DNA of 56,017 bases from Candidatus Thorarchaeota archaeon. GTDB taxonomy: Archaea; Asgardarchaeota; Thorarchaeia; Thorarchaeales; Thorarchaeaceae. The notes under the pieces were generated by a model. The model was not told where the DNA came from. It saw only the letters and a list, made by a program, of their open reading frames with translations, and ran no database searches. Within the stretch, counting starts at the first letter, position 1, and the number at the start of each line of letters is the position of its first letter. The stretch lies in contig JAGSHN010000008.1 of the NCBI GenBank assembly GCA_029855935.1, positions 1-56,017 on the forward strand. Direction: 5' to 3'. Made by a program: the position numbers and the translations under genes. Shown here piece by piece: positions 48,808 through 56,017 of this stretch.

Positions 48808-49146
48808 ATGAACAAAGATACGACCGCGGCTCTGCAGATATCTGCGTTGATCTCCCTGATGATAACGTCAATCATCAACACTATCATAGTGATTGGCAAA
48901 GAGGAGAGCACGGATTTCAAGAACTTCTTCGTCGGCATAACGGGTCATCATTGGACCGGCCACGGAGTGGTGATCTTCATCCTATTCGTGGTCTTGATGG
49001 TCGTAGGATACTTCTTGGTTCAGAAGGACATCATCAAGAAGGACCTAGACATCTACAAGCTCGCGTGGATAACAATCGTCATCGTCGCGGCCTCCGAGCT
49101 GGCAATCTTTCTGTTTATGTACGGGATTGCCATGAGCGCAGCATGA
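48808..49146 (+). CDS. Three-TM hypothetical membrane protein with GHHWTGH motif
   Basis: Starts 3 nt after the previous stop; hydrophobic segments. Confidence 0.7.
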   Translation: MNKDTTAALQISALISLMITSIINTIIVIGKEESTDFKNFFVGITGHHWTGHGVVIFILFVVLMVVGYFLVQKDIIKKDLDIYKLAWITIVIVAASELAIFLFMYGIAMSAA

Positions 49147-49163
49147 TGCGTGCGTCAGCTTCT

Positions 49164-49191
49164 GGCGCGCTCGTCGCGCCTCTTTTTTTTT
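49164..49191 (+). terminator. Hairpin plus oligo-T terminator
   Basis: GGCGCG-ctcgt-CGCGCC followed by TC and T9. Confidence 0.7.
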
Positions 49192-49382
49192 CTCTCTTCA
49201 GTAGCACGCCGGCATGTCGATTCGGTTTCTCGGTACTCAACTCACAGGTGCTGGCCTCTGCTGGTAGGCGCCTTTCACGACACACCCTGTAGGCGATCTC
49301 ACCCGAGACCTGACTGCCCAACACCTAGCAGGAGTACGCAGCAACTACTTCAAATAGGAATGAGGGAATAGAAGCCGCCGAG

Positions 49383-49925
49383 ATGGGAGTCCTTCACATC
49401 TACGGCTTTGACGGAACGCCCCGGGATGTCCTCAGGAGACTGGTGGTCGAGCGCGGTCAGCGTCTGTCAACGTACTTCGGTGGAGTGAGACTTGAGGACG
49501 CCGAGATTCCCCTCACTCCCGAAGCGTTCGATGTCGGCCGCCAACAATATGATGCTACAGCCCTGCTCAGAGAACTGGACAGATGCGTTCCAGCCGGGGA
49601 CCACGCGGTAGCACTTGCTGATGCAGACCTGTTTGTTGACCCGCTCAACTTTGTGTTCGGCCTGGCGCGACCGGGCGGGCACGCCATCGTTGCGCTACCA
49701 AGACTGAGACAGTCCTTCTATGGACTTGAGGACGATCAGGACCTCTTCTTTCTCAGGGTGGCCAAGGAGGTCTTCCACGAACTCGGACATGTCCTTGGTC
49801 TTCGGCACTGCAGGAACAGGTGTGTGATGCGCTTCTCCAACTCGTTGGGGGACACTGACCGCAAGCCGGAGGAGTACTGCGAGTCGTGCCTCAGAGCCAT
49901 CATAGGGGGAATACACGCGAGATGA
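49383..49925 (+). CDS. amzA: Archaemetzincin (M54 zinc metalloprotease)
   Basis: QY.A..LL, LNFVFGLA, HELGHVLGLRHC, CVMRFSNS and CESC. Confidence 0.93.
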   Translation: MGVLHIYGFDGTPRDVLRRLVVERGQRLSTYFGGVRLEDAEIPLTPEAFDVGRQQYDATALLRELDRCVPAGDHAVALADADLFVDPLNFVFGLARPGGHAIVALPRLRQSFYGLEDDQDLFFLRVAKEVFHELGHVLGLRHCRNRCVMRFSNSLGDTDRKPEEYCESCLRAIIGGIHAR

Positions 49926-49987
49926 ATGGGACGGCTACAGGCGCGACAAGATTAGCAAGGCGAGTCCACGATACGGAGTGAGAAGAG

Positions 49988-50413
49988 TTGCTAGTTGACG
50001 CGATCATCTCGGCCCTGAGGTTCGCTGTGATAGTGATGGGGGGTTGGGTGTTTTTTATCGGCCTCTTGCTCTTTGTGATCGCCGACAGACTTGAGACCCC
50101 CGTGTTCCTGTGGCTCAGCTCCACCCGTACCAGCCCAGCCGGAGCAGAGTCTACAGCGGTCGGATGGCGAGTCCGGAGCTATCTGGCAGACTCAACACGC
50201 TACACGCGACTCGTGAATGCGGTCTATGCCATCAGCGGACTGGTGCGGTCCGCATGGCCGCTGGCCTCGGCACTGGACCTGACGGGAAAACTGATCCTAT
50301 TCCTGATATTCCTCACCTGCGTACCTTATGCGGGCCTGCCAGAGGTGTGGCGACTCTACACCAACCGCACAATAGAGGAGAGGTGGCGTGCCTGGGCCGA
50401 GAATGACAGCTAG
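49988..50413 (+). CDS. Hypothetical membrane protein
   Basis: Hydrophobic ORF filling the gap between two genes. Confidence 0.5.
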   Translation: MLVDAIISALRFAVIVMGGWVFFIGLLLFVIADRLETPVFLWLSSTRTSPAGAESTAVGWRVRSYLADSTRYTRLVNAVYAISGLVRSAWPLASALDLTGKLILFLIFLTCVPYAGLPEVWRLYTNRTIEERWRAWAENDS

Positions 50414-50482
50414 GGGTGGTCGGCCTGCTGGGTCATTGCGACAGCCACGATAGGTAAGGGGCGCAGGGTCCGCCTAGGACAG

Positions 50483-52285
50483 TCACCTGCGCTTGGGAAA
50501 ATGAAGTGTCACTCTGAGGCCCATATCAGGTTGACCTTCGACACGGTCCTCCAGGTCTATTCGAACTCCATATCTTGCAGCAAGGCGGTTGACGAGATGG
50601 AGACCTACTCCGCCGAATCTCCTGTTTGGGTCAAGCAGTCCCTGCTTCGCGGAGTCGTCGAGTCCCGGGCCGTTGTCAGCAATTGACAGCGTGAACAGGT
50701 CATCGTGTTGCATAGCGGTGATCCAGACTCGCTTGTCATCGCGAGGATTGTGCTTTGCAGCGTTCTCAAGAAGATTCCATATCATATGACTAATTCCTGA
50801 ATCGGCCACGACCGGTAGCTCATCAGGAAGTCCCTCAACCTCCACCTTCACAGGATACATCTTCTGCAGTCGAGCGGCCTCGTCCCGTACCACTCTGGCA
50901 AGGTCGACAACCTCGGTGCCAAACCGTTCAGCCTCCTCAGTACGACGAATCTTCTCGATCAGCTCCATGCAGCGCAGGGCGCCATCCATCGCGTACTCAT
51001 AGGCTCTGTCGATAGAGGGAGGCAGCCGTCTCTGCTGCATCATCTCGAGTCCCGCGATGATCGCCTGCATCTGGTTTCCGAAGTCGTGGAGGAGTAGGTC
51101 GAGGAGGAACCTGGCCTCGGCCTCTGCCTCCTTGAGCGCGGACATGTCCGTTATTATGCCGAAGGAGCCGATAAACTTCCCGTCTGCATCGAAGAGGGGG
51201 GCGGCACTGATCAGCACTGGAACTAGTCTGCCGGACCTGTGAATCAGATACGCCTCGTAGGTCTCGCTAACGCCCTTCCTCCTGCGCTCGAAGACGTCCC
51301 GGAGACGCTCACCGGACATGCCCACAATGATGCTTCCCAGTGGTGCCCCAACGATCTCGCTGGCCGACTCGTAGCCGAGCATCCTCACAAGGGCAGGGTT
51401 GAAGTATATCATCCTGCCATCGGCATCAGCGATCCCGAGACCGTCGGTCATAGTCTCAACAAGGACCTTGTAGCGCTCCCTGCTGAGCTCCAGAGCCTGC
51501 TTGTTCTGCAATGACTGGGTGAGGTCCTCAAGCTCGGCGACAGTTCTCACTCTGCCTTTGTCGTCAACCACCGCAGCCGCATTGATCAGAACGACGCGCG
51601 CTGCCCCATCCTTCCGTCGTATCTTGAACCTGTACCGCGACGGCGGCTTCTCTCCGCGCTGTCGCCTGACATAGCAGTCCACAACCATCTCCACGCTGTC
51701 AGGGTGGACAAACTCGCGGAAGTCGTGACCGAGGACTTCACCCCGGGTCGCGCCCAAGATCCTGAGCATCCCATCATTGGCGTAGACGAACCGGTAGTTG
51801 TCATCCACGACAATGAAACCGTGGTGCGAGTGCTCGACGATTGTCCGGAAGAGAGGCTCCTGTTGGGCAATCTGCCTCTCACGTCTCTCCCTCCGTCGCA
51901 TGTCCATTGCGAACACGACAAAGCCGGCAGGGCGACCATTGTCGCACACGAGATCGGCGTGCACCTCCATCGGCACGATTGAGCCGTTCATTCGGGCCAC
52001 CCGCAGCTGGAGACTGCGGGGATCCAGCCCCTCTGTGAGTCGGGCGAGCGCCTTTCTGACGAGGTCGACCTGTTCAGGAACAACAAGGTCCTCCGCCCTG
52101 AGGCCCGCTCTAGGTTGGTCATCGGGGAGTCCAAGAAGCGCACGGGCCGCCGGATTGGCGTACGTCACCCGTCTGTTTCTGTCGAGGTAGACAGTGACCA
52201 CTCGGCTCTTGTCGAAGAACGAACGCGCGACAACAAGTTCTTCGGGTGATATATGGTCTCGACAGTGTGGAGAATCTTTGCTCAT
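50483..52285 (-). CDS. PAS-domain (x3) sensor histidine kinase
   Basis: Three PAS/PAC repeats; H-box HDFGN, N-box NLLENAAKH, DNGPG and GGVGL. Start likely the ATG at 52285 (ORF track 52393). Confidence 0.92.
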   Translation of the reverse strand: MSKDSPHCRDHISPEELVVARSFFDKSRVVTVYLDRNRRVTYANPAARALLGLPDDQPRAGLRAEDLVVPEQVDLVRKALARLTEGLDPRSLQLRVARMNGSIVPMEVHADLVCDNGRPAGFVVFAMDMRRRERRERQIAQQEPLFRTIVEHSHHGFIVVDDNYRFVYANDGMLRILGATRGEVLGHDFREFVHPDSVEMVVDCYVRRQRGEKPPSRYRFKIRRKDGAARVVLINAAAVVDDKGRVRTVAELEDLTQSLQNKQALELSRERYKVLVETMTDGLGIADADGRMIYFNPALVRMLGYESASEIVGAPLGSIIVGMSGERLRDVFERRRKGVSETYEAYLIHRSGRLVPVLISAAPLFDADGKFIGSFGIITDMSALKEAEAEARFLLDLLLHDFGNQMQAIIAGLEMMQQRRLPPSIDRAYEYAMDGALRCMELIEKIRRTEEAERFGTEVVDLARVVRDEAARLQKMYPVKVEVEGLPDELPVVADSGISHMIWNLLENAAKHNPRDDKRVWITAMQHDDLFTLSIADNGPGLDDSAKQGLLDPNRRFGGVGLHLVNRLAARYGVRIDLEDRVEGQPDMGLRVTLHFPKRR

Positions 52286-52535
52286 TTGCTCGCGCCCTGT
52301 CAGACGTTTGAGGGGTGTGCAGTCTTCGCGGTTCACGCACAGCCCTGCACAAATATATTTCTGGTTGTCAACATAGTCGGAATGCTTTTGCATCTTCGTC
52401 CTTTGGCTGGACGATTTTCGTCTGATGCAGGAGATAGCAGATGGTTCCGGTGGAGAATTTCCTCACCTGAATGACCCGCCGCGGGGCGTCTCGCTCGTCT
52501 CAGACAACATCGGCCGCGTTTCCCGTGCTCACAGG

Positions 52536-53036
52536 CTAGTCGCCGCGGTAGGTCTTGATGATCAGCAGAATCTCTTCTTCGATGGTGGGGGTCATTCTCG
52601 GCCTCGTCTTGATACGGCCAATCTCATGCCCAGTCGACTTCTCGAAGATGAGTATTGTGGGGCTGCTTGTGATGCCAAAGATGTCTACCTCCTCTGGACT
52701 CGGAGGCACGGCCCAGTGCTTGTCAGAGCCAAACGGAGGCTTAGTCATCCCGCCCAGTGCGCGGATCCTTATCCCAAGCTCCCTCTCCAGAGCAGCAAGT
52801 GCTGGAACGGCCATCTGGGCATCGCCACACCAGTCCGCAAAGACCACTACTATCTCAAAGTCGTCGACATAGTCTCTGAGTTCCTCCACGGCTGCCTGGC
52901 GCGGCCTGTACGACTTCGCCCGATGCTCGTAGCGAATCCTGTACATTGGACTCATCCCGCTGATATACTCAAGGCAGCAGGGACAGTCCGACCGCACTGA
53001 CTCAAGCGTTGGTCCCTCCGTCAACTCTCGTTCCAT
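52536..53036 (-). CDS. Thioredoxin-like protein (WCGDA type)
   Basis: ADWCGDA, cis-Pro motif SSPTI and EIGRI. Confidence 0.8.
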   Translation of the reverse strand: MERELTEGPTLESVRSDCPCCLEYISGMSPMYRIRYEHRAKSYRPRQAAVEELRDYVDDFEIVVVFADWCGDAQMAVPALAALERELGIRIRALGGMTKPPFGSDKHWAVPPSPEEVDIFGITSSPTILIFEKSTGHEIGRIKTRPRMTPTIEEEILLIIKTYRGD

Positions 53037-53056
53037 CTCATCACGCTCCCGTCACA

Positions 53057-53533
53057 CTACGCACAACTCTCTGTCCTGCCCAGTGTGCCCGGCCTGGGCT
53101 GCAACGGCAGACCCTGAATCATTCGGCACATCTCGTCAAGGTCGGCCACGTGACGCTCCTCGTCATCCCTCAGATGTGTCAAGAGCAGTGTCGCAACAGG
53201 ATCATCTGTTCTCCGCAGCACTCGGGTGACAAGGTCAAACATTCCACCCTCGCTCTCCTTGAGCTGCCTGAGCCTGCGTTCCAGCTTCACGCGGTCAATG
53301 TAGCGGTCGATCTTTGCGCTCCACGAGTCGCAGGGTGTCTCACGGACCATCTCCACGATGCTCTCAAGGAACTTGATATGCTTCCACGTATCCAGCCTTA
53401 GTTCCAGGTAGAGTAGCCGCACAGGTGTGTCCTGAGCGCCCTGCTCCGCGTCAGATATCTCCACCAGTGTCTTCTTCTCAAGAGCGATCTGCTCCTCAAG
53501 CAATCTCACAAGTTCGCGGTCGTCTTCGTTCAA
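53057..53533 (-). CDS. Ferritin/rubrerythrin-like di-iron protein
   Basis: E...DTWKH and E...DEERH paired motifs. Confidence 0.75.
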   Translation of the reverse strand: MNEDDRELVRLLEEQIALEKKTLVEISDAEQGAQDTPVRLLYLELRLDTWKHIKFLESIVEMVRETPCDSWSAKIDRYIDRVKLERRLRQLKESEGGMFDLVTRVLRRTDDPVATLLLTHLRDDEERHVADLDEMCRMIQGLPLQPRPGTLGRTESCA

Positions 53534-53630
53534 CTTCCTTCCCTGATTAACGATAGTTTAGTCATATATATATCTACCCATTCGTGAAACCCGACTCAGG
53601 GGAGAGTTGCCCTTGGTGCACAGAAACGAG

Positions 53631-54659
53631 CTACACAAACAGTGCACTACGTACTTCGGGATGGTCAAACTCGCCCTCGTGTTCGTACTCGTTGCCAAGA
53701 AACTGGTTGATCATCAACGCGGCGTAGTTTCCCGTCCCGACGGCCATTGCGACCTGTTGTGTTATGGGACGGACATCCCCCGCAGCCCACACACCCTCGA
53801 CATTTGTCTTGCCCCGCTTGTCAGTGAGAATGTTTCCCTTATCGTCAACCTTCACGCCCAACTCCTGCGCGAGCTCCGACCGTGCCTCGTCCACAAAGGC
53901 CACAAAGAACACCTCTGCGCGCAGAACGCGACCATCGGACAGTCTCAGACTCTGGACTCTGCCGGGAACGGGAAATCTCACCTCTTCAATACGCCCGACT
54001 GTGTACTCAAAGGGGGAGTTGTCAAGCCTGCCTAGGTCCTGTGTCGCAAGGGGTACGTAGGCGTCATCGGTCATGAGTATTCGGACCCTTCTCGCGAACC
54101 TGCTCGCGGCATTGGCCACGTGAAGGGCACTCCCCACCGTACCAGCGTTGACAACGAGGACATCTTTTCCATCGCATAGAGGGGCCTCGCAGTCAGGACA
54201 ATAGAACGCGGCATTTCCGACATTGGCCACAGGCAGCCACTTTCGCCAGTAGCCTCCGACCCTCGGGTGCTTTCGTGCCGTGCCAGTGGCGAAAATCAGC
54301 GTCCTGGCTCGGTAGGTTGCACGGTCAGACGTCCTATAGCTACGGTCGGTACGCACCTCGAACTTGGGGTACGCGCCTGACACATCCACCACGTTGGCGG
54401 CCTTGAACTCCGCACCTGCGGAACGTGCCGTGCCCTGCATCTGCCTGAGCAGCGTCCGGCCCTCGTGATAGGGCGCCCCTCCGATGAAGTTCATGATGGT
54501 GTTTGTGTGGAAGTGCATCGGACTGGTCCCGCGGTCCAGCACAAGGACGCGCCTTCTGTGAAAAGCAAGATGGAGGGCCGCGGAACAGCCCGCGGGTCCG
54601 CCGCCGACTATGATCGTGTCGTAGACTGCGTCTTCGTCGGACTGCTTCGCACCACTCAT
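53631..54659 (-). CDS. Thioredoxin reductase-like FAD oxidoreductase
   Basis: GGGPAG, FATG, CPDC, WAAGD and QVAMAVGTG. Confidence 0.88.
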   Translation of the reverse strand: MSGAKQSDEDAVYDTIIVGGGPAGCSAALHLAFHRRRVLVLDRGTSPMHFHTNTIMNFIGGAPYHEGRTLLRQMQGTARSAGAEFKAANVVDVSGAYPKFEVRTDRSYRTSDRATYRARTLIFATGTARKHPRVGGYWRKWLPVANVGNAAFYCPDCEAPLCDGKDVLVVNAGTVGSALHVANAASRFARRVRILMTDDAYVPLATQDLGRLDNSPFEYTVGRIEEVRFPVPGRVQSLRLSDGRVLRAEVFFVAFVDEARSELAQELGVKVDDKGNILTDKRGKTNVEGVWAAGDVRPITQQVAMAVGTGNYAALMINQFLGNEYEHEGEFDHPEVRSALFV

Positions 54660-54759
54660 TGCTATCCTCGCCTATCCTTCGACAGTCTCGCGAGAGACAA
54701 GAAAAGGATTGTGAAGTGCCCAAAGAGGTGACACGGGCTTGTATGGCCGGATGCGATGC

Positions 54760-55773
54760 TCAATCAGGCTCGTGACCAGCGTTCACACGCAACTCATCCA
54801 GTGACCTCGGGCCGACATAGCACAGAGCGCCGATATCTGCGGCTGACTCATAGACCCAATCAATCAACTCGGGGCCTGTTGGATACTCGATTATGAACAC
54901 GGCACATCCGGCGTCGAGGAACAGGCCCAGATCCTCCACGGCCCGCTGGCGCTGTTGAACAGGCTGGACCGTGTTGTCCAAGGTGAAGACGTCCTCACGG
55001 CCAATGCCGTCCACTGCATCTAGGTACTGGGGAAAACGTCTGGCGAGGGCCTCACCATTCTGCGGGAAGACCAAGAAGTCCTCTCTCAGTTCTTTTGCAT
55101 GAGTAGACAGGGCGCTCACGAACTCGACCATCTTGGACGCAGCGTCCGACACTCCTCTGTCCTCGTAGTATTCATAGGCATCGATGATGTCAAGGTACAC
55201 GCCATCAAAGCCTGTAGCCAGTACCCGGTCGACATAGCTCGACTCGTCGCCAAAGATGATGCTCTGCCATGAAGGGTCCCAGTATCTGACCTTGTAGTTG
55301 CCGGGCCAGTCCGGATTCTCGACGTCGAGCCACGAAGGAGCGCCCTCGTCCGGAACACCATTATGATCTGCGTCCCAAGACTCGTTCCAGTAGGGGCGGT
55401 AGGACTCCGCCTCGCCAATGCTGACATATGCCAGAACTATCTTGGAGGACTCGGAGTCCACCCCAGTCCGTATGGTGCTGATCTCATCAGCCGACCACGA
55501 CTGGTTCTGTGTGGGATCGTAGTAGGGGTCGATGATGAGCAGGTCGTATCGGCTGGCTGCAAGCTGTGAGACGACATCCTCGCGGGGACCCATGTTGTCG
55601 TACTGGAGCACATAACCAAAGTCGTCAACAACGTGGTCACCGAGCTGGAATGATACGCTCTTGGTCCCATTCGCCGTGGGAGGGCGAATGACTATCACGA
55701 TGCCAGCCACTACCACTATGACGACAATTGCCACTCCTATCGCTTGCGCCTTCTCCACGATTCGAGCCCCCAT
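54760..55773 (-). CDS. MJ1477/TM1410-like (GH114-type) endo-alpha-1,4-polygalactosaminidase
   Basis: N-terminal TM; AYVSIGEAE.YR.YW, ENPDWPGNY.V.YW, GFDGVYLD and PQNG. Confidence 0.88.
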   Translation of the reverse strand: MGARIVEKAQAIGVAIVVIVVVAGIVIVIRPPTANGTKSVSFQLGDHVVDDFGYVLQYDNMGPREDVVSQLAASRYDLLIIDPYYDPTQNQSWSADEISTIRTGVDSESSKIVLAYVSIGEAESYRPYWNESWDADHNGVPDEGAPSWLDVENPDWPGNYKVRYWDPSWQSIIFGDESSYVDRVLATGFDGVYLDIIDAYEYYEDRGVSDAASKMVEFVSALSTHAKELREDFLVFPQNGEALARRFPQYLDAVDGIGREDVFTLDNTVQPVQQRQRAVEDLGLFLDAGCAVFIIEYPTGPELIDWVYESAADIGALCYVGPRSLDELRVNAGHEPD

Positions 55774-55810
55774 CAGCCTACGTCAATCATAGTTCGTGGT
55801 GCCAGACAGA

Positions 55811-56017
55811 TCATCTCGGAACCTGAGAGAGTACCCGTTCAAGATGACTCACCATCGAGATGGCCCAGTTCCCGCCTCTGGTGACCAGGGACCTGACGTA
55901 GCCTATTGCGTCCTCGTACGCAGATGCAGCCTCAGCCTCAAGAGACTGAGGGTTAACTAGTTTACCAAGTTCAACCAGATTCTCGATGTGACGCGCCCTC
56001 GCCTCTTCAGGGAGATC
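55811..56017 (-). CDS. 3' end of a hypothetical protein running off the window
   Basis: Open frame DLPEEARARHIENL...ERVLSQVPR* ending 37 nt before the next start. Confidence 0.5.
   Translation of the reverse strand, partial: DLPEEARARHIENLVELGKLVNPQSLEAEAASAYEDAIGYVRSLVTRGGNWAISMVSHLERVLSQVPR

Noticed and set aside
1-56017. Genome-wide TAG reassignment
   Set aside because: Many intact genes end at TAG (e.g. 18997, 21174, 28207, 32673), and the TAG is conserved in the duplicated 3' end at 37279-37281.
1-56017. tRNA, rRNA, integrase or IS elements
   Set aside because: None recognised by eye. tRNAscan-SE and ISEScan would be needed to exclude them formally.

Overview
Archaeal DNA, most consistent with an Asgard (Thorarchaeia-like) genome. 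This is inferred from archaemetzincin, the ATPase-DUF234 gene, HEPN-MNT, TATA promoters and the style of the NosD/beta-helix surface proteins; no marker gene is present. Layout: (1) 1-14.8 kb holds two convergent operons packed with Ser/Thr phospho-signalling parts: vWA, Zn-ribbon-FHA-FHA, a PPP phosphatase with a possible degenerate PP2C domain, and kinase-FHA on +; an FHA-like gene, a kinase-Zn-SNF2 helicase fusion, a Zn-repeat protein and a pseudokinase on -. (2) 15-25 kb is mixed housekeeping, including genes interrupted by in-frame TAG/TGA. (3) 25-37 kb is a variable region with four paralogous beta-helix surface genes, two intact and two collapsed. One carries a cytoplasmic adaptin/COP-appendage-like tail, and three share a TGAC-N6-GTCA upstream palindrome. 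(4) 37-43 kb is a defence-like cluster: a decayed PD-(D/E)XK nuclease, two N4/N6 DNA methyltransferases, an EndoIII/HhH-like Fe-S glycosylase sharing a palindromic TATA with one methyltransferase, and HEPN-MNT. (5) 43-56 kb has an ABC exporter, tandem legumain/C13-like proteases, a His-rich membrane pair, archaemetzincin, a PAS histidine kinase, redox genes and a GH114-like hydrolase. The best candidates for an undescribed system are the methyltransferase plus HhH-glycosylase pair and the kinase/FHA/vWA/SNF2 double operon. All family calls come from reading motifs by eye; no searches were run.
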